This document shows, piece after piece, positions 1 through 12,117 of a DNA stretch of 64,000 nucleotides. The stretch comes from Bilabrum cf. latius (lineage: Eukaryota). Position 1 is the first letter of the stretch. The number at the start of each line of letters is the position of its first letter. Both the position numbers and the translations under genes were made by a program. The stretch covers positions 806,001 to 870,000 of the forward strand of contig OZ237759.1 in the NCBI GenBank assembly GCA_965178125.1, given 5' to 3'. The notes beneath the pieces were generated by a model. That model was not told the origin of the DNA. It saw nothing but the letters and a program-made list of their open reading frames with translations, and made no database searches.

Positions 1-840
1 TCCTTTCCTCGCGTGGCCCTGCGCCAGCTTGCCAAGCCTCAGTCGCTTGGCCAGCTCCAGAGGCCGTCCAGTGGAGGCAGCTTGGAAGACACAGGCAGCG
101 TCTCTGTGCGCCTCGTGTGCTCTTCTCCATCGAAGCAATTGCTGCCACCTTGGCGGCTTGAAGCTGGCTATCAACGCTGCAATCTGTTCGTTGCTCTCGC
201 GCACCGCCTCCGCGAAACATGTTCGGCCTTGCTGTGAGTAGAAACAGCTGCCTGAAAACACCATGGTATTATTTGCACTTGAACAATAGGTACCAAAATT
301 CAACTAGCCTCGGCGCTGGCAAACTCACAGTGTCCCGTATGAACCGGTTGGCTCCCGCTCGCAGCAGATACTCTACAATTTCCTTGCTAGTAGCTTTCTA
401 CCGGAATGCAGCACGATGCAGCGGGGTATCTCCATTCTACTATCATGGACCAGCTCAATAAGTGAGTGACATGCTTGAAGAGGACGCCTGTACTAGTCGG
501 TCTAAATGTACCCAGATCAGATTCAAGTCCAGATGCTCACCTTATCTTGTTTGTTGAGATCCACCCCACACCGTACCAGAGCTTTAGCAGCCTCCAGTTT
601 GCCTGACTCAGACGCCGCATGTAGAGGAGTTTTCCCGAACTGCAGGCATACCGGCAATAAGATCAGCCAAAACTATCGTTTTTAGTGCCAGTGCCGGTGG
701 CTGATGAGACGAGCGCAATTCAGAGGCTGAAGCCGCTCACGTCCGGCCTTCCCAAAGGTGCATTTAGATCACATCCTTGCAAAAATAGTGATTCGATGGA
801 CGCACCATCGTCAGCATCGATTGCCATCTTGACTTGCCCC
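1..840 (-). CDS. Host ankyrin-repeat protein (spliced; both ends approximate, runs off the window)
   Basis: Minus-strand exons read FGKTPLHAASESGKLEAAKALVRCGVDLNKQDK and NGDTPLHRAAFR[TAG]KATSKEIVEYLLRAGAN, separated by GTGAG-donor introns. Confidence 0.65.
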
Positions 841-1122
841 GACCTGCTCGCGATAACATGGGCGGGTGTGGCTCAACTGTGATAGAAGTGGAAGTCTGTT
901 TCATGCCATCGTAGCTACTGCTAACATCGTATTTGAAAAGAATATGAGCGGATCGATAGCCAAATCTGCAGCTTTGGGGAATAGCTGGGGAATAGTCTAG
1001 GGCCTAACCGAAAATATTGATGAGGAGACCAAAAAATTGGCCAACCGATGTTACCAGGCATAGCCAAAGCAAACACATAAACTGGATGCTATATCCGGGG
1101 AATCATATTGGTCAATCCCTGA

Positions 1123-2277
1123 TTAACAGCATCCTCCCTCAGCCTCCTCGGCCAGCCCCCCCCTGGCCGCCACCGCGACCCTCTCGTGGTCCTCCCTCTT
1201 GGCCCTCTTGGCGTCCTCGTGGGCCTTGAAGGCGCCAGGGTGCGCCCCGATGCTCTTCACCAGCGTCTAGATCGCCTGCTCCACGTTGTCTCCCGTCTTG
1301 GCGCTCGTCTCGACGAGGCCGACGAAACCGTTCCTGGTGGCGTACTCCTTGGCCTCGTCCATCGAGACGTCCCTCCTGTCGGCGAGGTCGCTCTTGTTGG
1401 CCACCAGCAGGACAGGCAGGGGAGACCCGTCGGGGAGAGTTACCTTGGATCGGATCTCATTCTTCCACTGCGCGCGGGAGCGACAAGAGGGAAAGGAGGA
1501 GGGGAGTGCCGACAGCAAGGCAAACGACTGCCACCTGGGAGGCGGGTCATTCAAGACCAAGACCGATTTACGGGCCCGCGCATGAACACATTATTTGATC
1601 AGCTGTACTCACCACTTCGATAGACTCGAACGATTTCTTCGAGGTCTAGTCAAACACCAGCAGAGCTCCAAACGCGTCCCTATAGAATACTCGAAAGATG
1701 GCGCCAAAGCGATCCTAGCCTGCAACACAAATATATAGCGGTGTAACGACGTGGACATATAAGCTGTACGACTGAATTGGTCGGGCAACGGATGAGAGCA
1801 GAGCCTGCCTGCTTACCAGCAACGTCCCAACTGCGAGGTGAGATTGCTTGGTCATGACATTGGACGAGTTTCGGCACGAATCGCGTTGCCATCAACGTGT
1901 AGACAACACAGTGATGTCACTCACAGCTAGAGGGAGCCACGTATTGTCCCAACGTCAAACTATTTAAGGTGAAAGTCCACGCCCACGGTGGGCTTCTAGT
2001 CGTCGGCAAAGTCATTCATGATCGACCTGCAAGGAGAAGAAGCCGATAACACGGTAATGTTGCATGCCGTGTGATATTGGTTGCTGCAGTGCGTTGTCCG
2101 CGCCTGCAAGAGGCGCCAGACACAGCAACGAGAATCTCAGCTTTTGCTGAACGGCAGTCGAGCTGCACCTTACCGCTTAATTATACTAGTTTTCCCAACA
2201 TCATGGTCACCAATGACCAAAATCTTCAACACTACGTCTCTTTCACCGTCGTCATCCACTCCGCCAGCAGAGGCCAT
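1123..2277 (-). CDS. RAB32: Host Rab GTPase, Rab32/38/29-like (multi-exon)
   Basis: KILVIGDHDVGKTS, KPTVGVDF, WDVAG/QDRFG, WKNEIRSKVTLPDGSPLPVLLVANKSDL, ETSAK. Reading through TAG at 1267-1269 gives the C-terminal prenylation motif GGCC followed by TAA at 1123. Confidence 0.85.
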
Positions 2278-2367
2278 TGCAAAGTGAGAACAATGTCCTT
2301 CGCTACAAATTCGAAGATGAGGATATCGCCTTTTACATCGCAGAGAGATGCGTTCACATAGCAAATC

Positions 2368-4044
2368 ATGGCAAGAAAGGGACGAAATAATAATAATCGT
2401 CGCTCAAATAGTAGACGTGGAGGCAGGGGTAGAGGTGGAGGTGGTCGTCGGCAAGGTGGGCGGGGTGGACCAGCCTAGGCTCAAGGCGGAGGTGACAGTT
2501 GGTAGTCGAATGGGGGTGGTGGCGGCCATGGTGGCAGAGGTTCATCTAGAAGCCGAAGAAGAGGGGGCAAGGGGCAAAATAAGGGCCATGGCGGAGGTGG
2601 TAATGGTGGTGGAGATGGCAACGGTTGGAATTATCAAGGCGGAAGCGGGTGGGATACATCCTCCGGCGGCGGCAGCGGTGGCTGGGAGCAAAACCATGGA
2701 GGCGGACCAGATTATGGCAACGATCATAGCAGTGGCCCATCATGGGCCGATTCCGGTGGAGACTGGGATGGAGGAGAAGGATGGCAAGGACGCGGTAGAG
2801 GCAGGGGCAGAGGCAGGGGCAGAGGCAGAGACAGGGGCAGAGGTAGGGGCAGGGGCAGAGGCAGAGGCAGGGGAGGATACCACGACTACGGCGGGGGTTG
2901 GCAGCACAATGACTCGTACGGCGGAGGAATGGATGGGGACGGCGGCGGGGGCTGGCCGGCAGGGGCTGGTGAAGGAGACAGCGGCTCGGGCCGGGCAGAC
3001 ACTGGCACTGGGGCAGGAGGAGGCTGGCCCGGCGGGGGCGACGGGGGCTATGCTCCTAGCGGCCCCCGCCTTGCGCATGCGCCTGTGGAAGTGAAGCTCG
3101 AGCCGGGCTCGAACCTGGGAACGGTGCCTCCAGAACAGGCCGCGGATGCCGCTGGTCGAATCCCGTGGGAGCTGCAGGCCAGCTCTGCCGTTGCCTCCGA
3201 CTCGATGTGCAAGCCGCCCGCATGGCGCCTGACCTGCTACACTCCCCATGGGCGCTGGCTCAGCACCCAAGGGGACAGGCTCTTGATGCAGCACGGTGGC
3301 AACCTCCTGGCGGGCGACGTGTCCATGGAAGAAGCCAGGCTCATGGCTTACCAGAGGGGGGCTCCCCTGGAGGACATGAGGGTGTTCCCCATGACGGCAG
3401 ACACGGACCTGGGTCCGATGCGAGCCGCTGCTGACAGGTACGAGGGCACTCTGGAGAGGCAGCGGGCGCGGGTCGTGGAGGAGCTGGTGCGGCTCGGAAG
3501 TGACGTGGCTGGCGCTACCTCGGCGGGGCCTGGGCCGGTGGTGGTCGCGATGGCCAGAGGGGGGGAGCCCACGGGGACAACGGGTGCATTGCATGGTGGT
3601 GCTGTGGGTGCCGGTCGACCGACGAGCCTCGCAGCCGCCGATGCGACAGCCGCTATCGCTGCCATTCGGAGCAAAGGAGGATTCGAGGAAGATGAGGAGG
3701 ACGACGAGGAAGGTTTAGGCGATGAAGGCGCAGGGGCGTCGGAATCCAAGTCAGATGGGGGTGACGGGACCGCGAGCCCAACAAACGCTGCGGCTGGGGT
3801 TCCAGGGGGCAGCACAGCTGGCTCGTCAGCCGAGCAGGAGCACTCCACGGAGGGCATCGATCCCGCTGACGGAAGACTCTACGGCCGCACGCATGCCGCT
3901 GCCAGAAAGTGGCTCGAGCTCGTCGTGCAGAAGGACCGATCGATCCAGGTGCGGACCATCCCCGAGGTGGCTCCTGAGGCGCCGATGCTGGACCCCAGGT
4001 TTGGGCAGAGTCTGGTGCAGGCGCTGCAGCGGGCCAGGTCGTGA
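2368..4044 (+). CDS. Host Gly/Arg (RGG)-rich protein, NUP42/NUPL2-like C-terminal part
   Basis: One frame from ATG 2368 to TGA 4044 when TAG is sense; RG repeats; WRLTCY...GDVSMEEARLMAY and IPEVAP resemble NUP42/NUPL2 motifs from memory. Confidence 0.5.
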
Positions 4045-4824
4045 GCGAGGTGACGGATCACGTATCGGTTCCTACGGATTGTTCGGTTCAACGGTGCCGG
4101 ATTTAGATAGAGGATATTTGTTGAACCGCAGGTGGCACCAGACGCGACATCAGCTTCTTCCTGTCACAACGATTGAGCCAGCTTTACGGTAAAGAATATA
4201 CATCGTTCGGGTGGTACTCTCCAAATCAGTATATTTCATAATGCTCCACCTCGCTCTCTTGTCGCCTGCGGCTGTAGCGCCGCGTCCGACTTATCTGTGA
4301 CGGCGTCTGGATGGGGGGATTCTAGCCTCTCCTGCCCACCCCCCCTCCCAACTAAACCATACTTACTCGTTACGTATCGGATCAACGTGCAGACCTGTCC
4401 ACGGCGGCACCCCCGGACACTGTCAGCCCCCGGCCACTGGCACCCCCGGACGCGAAATCCTGGCCATGGCATGAAATCGAGCAATACTAGCCGAAATTTC
4501 TCGGTGTCGAAGTCATAGATAGTCTCAAATGGAATTAATAGTAATTAGCCTTCTTTTGGAGAAGAGAAGTAGAGCAATGCAGCATGGCATAGGATCTTAT
4601 GGCTGATGGCAGAATTACTGTCCCCATCTCGCGCTAAAATCGGCCCGAAAACGCGCTAAGTTCAGCATACCATATCTCAGCATCAAATGACCGTATGAGC
4701 AAACCGAAACCGGAAAAAAACGAGCGTTTGTGGTCAAGAATCCATTGAGATAGGGAGTAGTTCGCTGCGGGGATCCCAGGGGTTGCTTGAAGGTTCGTTG
4801 TGAAGTCCGGGGGGCGTCAGAATT

Positions 4825-4903
4825 CCTCTCGAAAGCTGTATCAGCTGGATAAGCCGCACATGTGCACACTCCAGACCATCCAGCTGATACAGCTTTCGAG
4901 AGG
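4825..4903. repeat. Perfect 26-bp inverted repeat with 27-bp spacer
   Basis: CCTCTCGAAAGCTGTATCAGCTGGAT (4825-4850) and its exact reverse complement (4878-4903). Confidence 0.9.
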
Positions 4904-5427
4904 TCTCACCCCCAGCCTCGTACGTGAGATTATGTATATATTACTTTTACTCAACGCACCACACGACGATCTGATGCCGTTGGCAATCGTATCGTTGATC
5001 CATGGTCCATCCTGTCCATGCCACCTGGACTCATCGAGTGCGCCTGCCCCACTTCCGACAAGACTTGTCAGTAAAGTGTCACCAAACCAGCACGAAACAC
5101 CAACTGTCCCATTGCAGTCGCATACTGCCAGCCCCAAGCATAGTATCCTGCGAGTACCGCCAGGCTTGTTCCTTCACTGCTCCGCCATCGATGCCCTTCG
5201 AAAAACCGCAGCTAGTACAACCGCACATCAACAAAAATGCCTCTGAATTTTGGCGTGAAGGCATGCCTGTGAGGACTTTGGTTGGACTAGATCATTGCCA
5301 CTCCAAATCGCGTGCAGCGGCACGCGGAATACACCCTCTTTTTTTTTTAATCTTTGACAGCAATTCGAGGCATAGCAATTCATCAAAACCGAATGTTTTT
5401 GAATCCGTTCTGTTTGATTATCGCAGC

Positions 5428-5510
5428 ATCCTTGCGGCGGCCATGGCGGCTGCCCCAACTGCATAGGCTGCGAGCGGGTACAACGCGGCTCAGGCCCGAA
5501 GGCAGGACCT
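5428..5510 (+). pseudogene. 5' fragment of the host FG-GAP gene interrupted by the virophage
   Basis: ILAAAMAAAPTA[TAG]AASGYNAAQARRQD joins in frame across the GACCT duplication to LVMAVTAERS...TVKSHQKISDTQGG at 34357 onward; resembles the end of a signal peptide. True start not located. Confidence 0.7.
5506..5510 (+). repeat. Left target-site duplication GACCT
   Basis: Identical 5-mer immediately outside the right terminus (34357-34361). Confidence 0.95.
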
Positions 5511-5611
5511 TGTTATCCGCCAAAATGTGTGTAGTTTTTATATAAGTAAACTCTATTTCTACTATATAGTAGAAATAGAGTTATCATAACTCCACATTTT
5601 GGCGGATAACA
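5511..5611. repeat. Left terminal imperfect hairpin (101 bp)
   Basis: 19-bp outer arms TGTTATCCGCCAAAATGTG / CACATTTTGGCGGATAACA, 34-bp perfect central palindrome (5549-5582), unequal 19-nt and 10-nt mismatched segments. Confidence 0.95.
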
Positions 5612-7000
5612 TAAGAGGTCAATATTAACCACTTCACAACATCTTAAGCCGTAGTCCTTCATAATGTCCTTCACTTGAACATAATAATTTAATAGCTATT
5701 TATTCATATATCTACCTAATTTAATACCTTCGCGCCGTTAATGTCTATCTGTTAGACCTTTACTTTACTTAATCTGTTGAGTGAATCCCTAGCCTAAGTC
5801 TTAGGATATGCCCGCCCGAAATTGCGGAAATATATAGTCATTTAAGAATATATGTTCGCAATTCTGGGCGCGTAGGTGTATTGAGTTTTATATTATGATT
5901 TGGTTTTAAGTATCAATTGACATTTACCACTTTAGAAAATAACTAAATAAATACTTAAAGAGATTGACAGAAGTATTAAAGTCTTTTTAATACTTCCAAT
6001 GAAAAATTTAAATTAATAAATAAAACTAAACTAATATATCAACTTAATTTATCTCTTTTTTTATTACTTGTCAATCTATACTTAAATAATTGAATATTTA
6101 AATATAACTAGAAGGAGATATTAATCACTTTATAAAGTCTTTTATATGTCATCTCTTCAAAACTTCAAATATAAGGGTATCCCCTTAAAAATACATTCTT
6201 TTATCTATCGCCCGAAATTGCGGTAATATTATAGCTATTCAAGATATATTTCTGCAATTCTGGGCGCGTAGGTGTATTGATTTTTATTTTTCATAATTCT
6301 TTAAATATGTTAAAGTCCTTTGTTTGAGTATATGATATAAAGGAATACAAAGCGGGATAACTTAAAAATGATAAATGTTTTGACGATGACTTTAAAATGA
6401 CTCAATGAACTGGTTTATGTCAAGTGTATTACTTTGAAATGATTAATCACTAGATTAAATGGAAAATATAGGATAATAAAATATGGTATAGTATAATACT
6501 AGCGCCCGAAATTGCGGTAATATATTAGGATATTAAGATATATTGTCGCAATTCTGGGCGCGTAGGTGTATTGAGTTTTATATTTTGTTAATTTTGACAT
6601 AGTTATCTTATAGAGGTGTAATTTTGTAATAAAGATATTTCTAGTATGTGCTATATTAAATGTCCAGAAATGACGGCCCGAAATTGCGGAAATATATAAG
6701 TATTCTAGAAATTATGTCCGCAATTCTGGGCGCTTAGGTGTCTTCAATAATTAATAATCAACTGCTTCTTTATTTTGATTAATTTTTTTGACTTACCGTT
6801 CATTTTATTGACCACTTAACGGGATATCACAAAAAGACTTAACCACTTGACGAGATATTTTAAAATAACTAATAATAAATATGACCGCCCCAAATTGCGG
6901 AAATATATAAGTATCAAGAAAATTATGTTTGCAATTCTGGGCGCGTAGGTGTCTTCAATAATTAATAATCAACTACTTCTTTATTTTGATTAATTTTTTT

Positions 7001-7279
7001 GACTTACCGTTCATTTTATTGACCACTTAACGGGATATCACAAAAAGACTTAACCACTTGACGAGATATTTTAAAATAACTAATAATAAATATGACTTAC
7101 CGTTCATTTTATTGACCACTTAACGGGATATCACAAAAAGACTTAACCACTTGACGAGATATTTTAAAATAACTAATAATAAATATGACTTACCGTTCAT
7201 TTTATTGACCACTTAACGGGATATCACAAAAAGACTTAACCACTTGACGAGATATTTTAAAATAACTAATAATAAATAT
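7001..7279 (+). repeat. Three tandem 93-bp repeats in the left TIR
   Basis: GACTTACCGTTCATTTT...AATAAATAT starts at 7001, 7094, 7187; a further copy at 6790; one copy in the right TIR. Confidence 0.9.
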
Positions 7280-7393
7280 GACCGCCCCAAATTGTATCTC
7301 CAGATATGACCGCCCCAAATTGCGGAAATATATAAGTATCAAGAAAATTATGTTTGCAATTCTGGGCGCTCACCCGTATTCAATTTTACATAT

Positions 7394-7603
7394 TCACTAA
7401 CTCATACCACTTGAAGTGGTCCATTTGATCTTGTGTTCATATTTAGAATGTCCTTTAACTTGTATCAATGTATTGAGTACTTCTTCTAACTAGTCCTTAA
7501 CAAATGATTTTGTCTTATGATATGTCTTGGTAGTCTTCACCTATTTAATAACTAATTTACAAGTCTTACCGACAATATACTAAGTTAATAAATCTTGTAT
7601 CAT
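7394..7603 (-). CDS. Virophage small hypothetical protein (69 aa)
   Basis: ATG 7603 to TGA 7394 with four in-frame TAG; back to back with the 7612 gene. Confidence 0.45.
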
Positions 7604-7611
7604 AATATATT

Positions 7612-8019
7612 ATGTATGAGATAATTATTGATGGATTCAAATATAAACCCTCTACTCGTAGAAATAAGAAATATGATGTATTCAAAAATGGTAAGTATAT
7701 CACTAGCTTTGGTGATGCACGATATGCTCAATACTTTGATTTGATTGGTAAGTATGGAGATAATAACCATATTGACCCTAAAAGACGACGCCTATACTAC
7801 CGAAGACACGGGAAGACTACCGATACTAATAGCTCAAAATATCACAGTCATAAAATCTTATGGGGAAGTGATAATGCTATTAAGGACTACTTAACAAAAC
7901 TAGCCAATGGAGTATTAGATGTAAAAAGGTATGTTAAAGGGGATACTTTGGAAAAATGGTTAGATGACTATAGGTCTAAAGTGGACGCAAGACTGAAACA
8001 ATTAAAAATATTAAATTAA
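7612..8019 (+). CDS. Virophage basic protein, possibly DUF5754-like
   Basis: KKYDV...SFGDARYAQY...HIDPKRRRLYYRRH...SHKILW pattern recalled from giant-virus and virophage proteins; family name unverified. Confidence 0.7.
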   Translation: MYEIIIDGFKYKPSTRRNKKYDVFKNGKYITSFGDARYAQYFDLIGKYGDNNHIDPKRRRLYYRRHGKTTDTNSSKYHSHKILWGSDNAIKDYLTKLANGVLDVKRYVKGDTLEKWLDDYRSKVDARLKQLKILN

Positions 8020-8176
8020 AAAGTCAATACGCCTACGCGCCCAGAATTGCGAAAATATATCTTGAATAGCTATAATATTACCGCAATTTCGGGCGCCCAA
8101 ATTTGAATCGAGCTTAAGACATCTCGTTTAATTAGACTTAAAAATAATATATTATTATAGTATATACTATATTATA

Positions 8177-8710
8177 ATGTGCTATAAATGTCGTAACTTC
8201 ATAATCAATAAGCTAAAGATTAATGACTGGAATAAGATAGCCCCTCTATTAATACCAGCTGGAGAGACTAGAGAAGAAGACGGAAAGTGTATCTGTGACC
8301 ATCCAATAAAAAAAATCAACTTCGTTAAGTATCCCCCAACTGGTGATATATTTAAATTAGGTTCTGAATGTATTAATAATACTTTCGACTCTGATCATAA
8401 AGTGTATATGGCTTGTATGTATAAGACTTGTGATGTATGCTCTTGTGTTGTTAAAAAGTCAAGTTATAGCAGTCATATTAAGTCCATCAAACACGAAATG
8501 AATGAAGACATATTAAAAGAGAAAAAGAGATGCACTGATTGCGAAGACTGGATTGAAAAGACCTCTTGGAAAAAGACTTGTCTTAGTTGCTATTACAAAA
8601 AGAAAGGATACAAATAGTGTAAAAGGTGCGAGAGGTATCTATTAAAACCTGATACCACTTATTGGTATTGCTTTACATGCTACTCTAAAAAGAAGAAATA
8701 TAAGAAGTAA
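8177..8710 (+). CDS. Virophage multi-zinc-finger protein (177 aa)
   Basis: Several CxxC pairs and a C2H2-like HIKSIKH; TAG at 8615-8617 read through gives another CKRC...CFTC unit parallel to the preceding CTDC...CLSC; TAA at 8710. Confidence 0.8.
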
Positions 8711-8767
8711 TACTCGTTTAATTAACGCCAATATATACTATTAAATTACATATATTTAATAATATAA

Positions 8768-9433
8768 TTAAGTGGATGTCTTAACCTTAGACTTCTATTC
8801 TTTTAATTGCTTTCTTTTAAGTCTTCGTCTTTCGTTTATCTTGTCTTTATTCTTGTGATAGTAGTCAAGAGAATATTTTTTTAGTTTTTCTTTATTATTT
8901 TCTTCGTACTTTTTATGATTTTCTTTTATTTTGTCTCTATTTTTGTCTCTATACTACTGCATCATTTCTTTATTATTCGAATACTTTAGATTTTGACGTT
9001 CATTTATAATATGTCTATTCTTTTCGGCGTATAGTCTTTGCTTAGCGACTATATTGCCTCTATTATCATCATAGTATTTTCTCCATCTTTTCTATCTCTA
9101 TTCTTTTGTCTCATTGTAATACTCTTTTCTAGTTCGTCCTGCAATACACTTATTGACACATTTATATTTCCTGATATACCCTCCTTCAATCTTGCCTAAC
9201 TCTTCTCTATCTTTGCACGGACATTTTTCTACTAATTCAATTTTTACATCACCTAAGTCATAAATAATGAATGAAGTAATAAAAGGATATTCTCCTTTCT
9301 TATAATTCTTATAGTCTTTTGTGTGTCCTCCCTTTCTCTAGCTCAATGTCTAACAAGTAGAGCCATAATATACTTTTGAAGGATCATTAAGTGAGTAAAG
9401 TCTGTATATCTTTGCATTTGAGAAATTTACCAT
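8768..9433 (-). CDS. GIY-YIG endonuclease (221 aa; absent from ORF track)
   Basis: MVNFSNAKIYRLYS...VYIGSTC[TAG]TLS[TAG]RKGGH...IELVEKCPC...IEGGYIR...CVNK, followed by a charged helical tail; TAA stop. Confidence 0.9.
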
Positions 9434-9531
9434 TGTTTAAGGTTGGTTTATATTGTTATTAGTTGTTTTATCTTTAAGTCAATGTGTGTTTTATTCTATT
9501 AAGTTATTTTCGCCACTATATATATATAGAT

Positions 9532-11187
9532 ATGTCAAACAAAGGCAAGACATACACTAGAGGTAAAATATCATACACGTACGGTGATAAGCCAACAAAA
9601 AATCAAAAAGATAGTGATGATTTAGACGCCACTATTAAGGGACTACTTGATAAAGGGTTTGAAGAGGTGCCAACCACCAAAGCTAGTATTAAAAAGCTAC
9701 CTTTATACTCTTATATATCGTACATCTCAAATATCAAGGGAAAGCCACTATTTAGAAGAGGTGGGGTAATTAACTCAATATAGAAGGATGGAGACTATTT
9801 TACCTTGTATAACCTAATAAATAAAGTTCATTTTAGTGTTCAATAGTCTAACCTTGTTCGCCTTTTTTATAAGATGACTAAAGCTTAGACAAAAAAACTT
9901 AATAAACCAACCGGTAAATTAATAGAAATAGAAGACAAACCAAAGAAAGACGAATTTAAATATAAGCCAATATTAAAGAAACTATATTATGAAGAAGGTA
10001 ATGTAGTCAGTCGTGATGCGTTATATGACCTAGCTAGACAAAAAGATAGGAGAATAAAACGAAGACAAGTTGAAAAGTGGTTAAATGGCCAAATGCTACA
10101 CTAGCTCACGAAAAAACGACCTAAACAGTCAGCAGTAAGTTCTTTTGTACCTACTAAGCCTTTCTCAATTTACGCATTGGACTTAATAGACATGCAAAAG
10201 TATTCAGACACTAATGACGGCTATAATTGGATATTAAATATAATGGATATATTCACAAAATACCTATGGAGTATTTCATTAAAAGATAAGACATTAGTTA
10301 ATATAATTCGTGAGATGAAGAAACTATTTAAGAAACCTAATTGGAGAAAACCGACTGTTATGTTAAGTGATAATGAGTTTAATAAAGAGGCATATATTAA
10401 ATTTATGAATGACAATGACATAAAACCACTATTCACCATCGCAGGAAATCCATAGTCTAATGGTGCAGTTGAAAGACTTAATAGGACTATAAAAGAATAG
10501 ATTAGAAAAGACTTTGCTATTAAGAATGACAGTGATGGTGTTTGGCATACGTCATTATAGAGACTAGTAAGAGCTTATAATAAGAGAAAACACAACACTA
10601 TAGGAATGTCTCCAATAGAAGCAATGAAACCTGAAAATTTAGAAGTAGTTAGATCTAGAATTGAAAATAAGAAATTATCAAATAATTTTGACGGGAATGA
10701 TAAAGATCTTAATGTAGGGGATAGAGTTAGAGTATTACTTGAGAAGAACAAGTTTAAAGGGAATTTATTCAATTGGTCTAGAGAAGTCTTCACTGTTAGA
10801 TAGAAGACCAAACCAAGAAATCCTAAGTAGAGGATTAAATATAAAGTAATGGACAAAGAGGGAGAACCTCTTACTGGATTCTTTAATGCTTCACAGTTAT
10901 AGAAAATAGACAATGTAGAACACGAAGATAAGGTAAATGATGACATAGACAAGGAAAGTGAAGAGCCTGAAATTGATAATGTTGAAGGTTTAGAAGTAGA
11001 ACCAGACACAATAGAGAAGTTTTTAGATAAAAGACAAAATAAAGATAGACTTATTGAATACTTAGTCAAATATAAGGGATATTCTAATAAGTTTAATGAA
11101 TGGATTACCCGTAAGAAATTAGAATAGGATTATGGGAAAGACCAAATACGACCACTTGCGAAAGACTATTCTGATAGATAGAGATAA
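9532..11187 (+). CDS. Retroviral-type (rve) integrase with C-terminal chromodomain (551 aa)
   Basis: DLIDM...DIFTKY...SDNEF...P[TAG]SNGAVERLNRTIK DDE core, YNKRKHNTIGMSP, VGDRVRV, chromodomain IEKFLDKR...EYLVKYKGY...NEW; a single frame once TAG is sense. Confidence 0.95.
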
Positions 11188-11417
11188 TTAATCTAGTAAT
11201 ATACTTTATGGCATAATACCAGCGCCCCAAATTGCGATAATATATTAGGATATTAAGATATATTTCCGCAATTCTGGGCGCGTAGGTGTATTGATTTTTA
11301 TAATTTTATCATTTTATGTTAGCCAGTGTATAGATACGACTTTTGAAATATTAATTTTTTCTAGTATTTACCATATTAATATAAAACAAAGTCAAAGAAA
11401 TTATTTATAATAAGTAT

Positions 11418-12098
11418 ATGGAATTGTTAAATATAACAAGATACAAAAATAAAGACCTTCTAAAAAGAGTAGTCAAGTTAAGTGAAAAGTACAAGTGGTC
11501 TCGTGATGACTTAAAAATGTTATGGATTAACAAGCATTATTCAAGTTTATAGGGTGAAATAGATGATGAAGGGGACGAGATAGCAACTATAAATTTAGTG
11601 AGACAACCGTCTAAAATAGAACCTATCTAGTTAAAACCTCCACAATTAGAACGACAATAGGCTATATTGGAAGATGTTGAATTAGATAGCGAAGACATAG
11701 AGGATAATAAAGAGGAAGACTATTTGAATGATACATATAGTGATACAAGTAGTGAAGTAGTGAGTGAAGTCATTGAAGAGAAACCAATTAAAGAGAAACC
11801 AAAACCAAAAATCAATATTAGTGATCTTACAGTGAGTGATAAACCTGAATATGTTTATTGTGTAGAGATTAATGATACAAAGGTATATTTTAACAAAAAG
11901 AATACTTAGACTTATCCTGATGCTTTAAGAAGAGGTAAATCACACGCTGATAAAATGAGAAAGCGAGTATTAGGACATCTTCATTTTGATGAGACCGATA
12001 TGTATGACAGCAACTTATGGTATGCTAAAGTGTGCTGGGGTGATAGTGATAAAATTCATGATAACTTTACAAAGTTTAAAAATATCTTATTAAAATGA
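11418..12098 (+). CDS. Virophage hypothetical protein (226 aa), acidic linker, C-terminus loosely similar to the 7612 gene
   Basis: ATG 11418 to TGA 12098 with four TAG; KVYFNK...HADKMRKR...YAKVCWGDSD resembles ...HIDPKRRR...HSHKILWGSD. Confidence 0.7.
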
Positions 12099-12117
12099 CC
12101 ACTATATATATAGGTAA

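Larger units (their letters stand above)
5511..7412 (+). repeat. Left terminal inverted repeat (about 1.9 kb)
   Basis: Reverse complement of 32824-34356 apart from the flipped terminal hairpin and internal copy-number differences; match ends at CTCATACCACTT (7412). Confidence 0.92.

Noticed and set aside
5813-7368. CRISPR array suggested by palindromic repeats with intervening sequence
   Set aside because: Repeats are 58-70 bp with irregular gaps of 100-370 bp, also occur singly between genes, and no cas gene is present.
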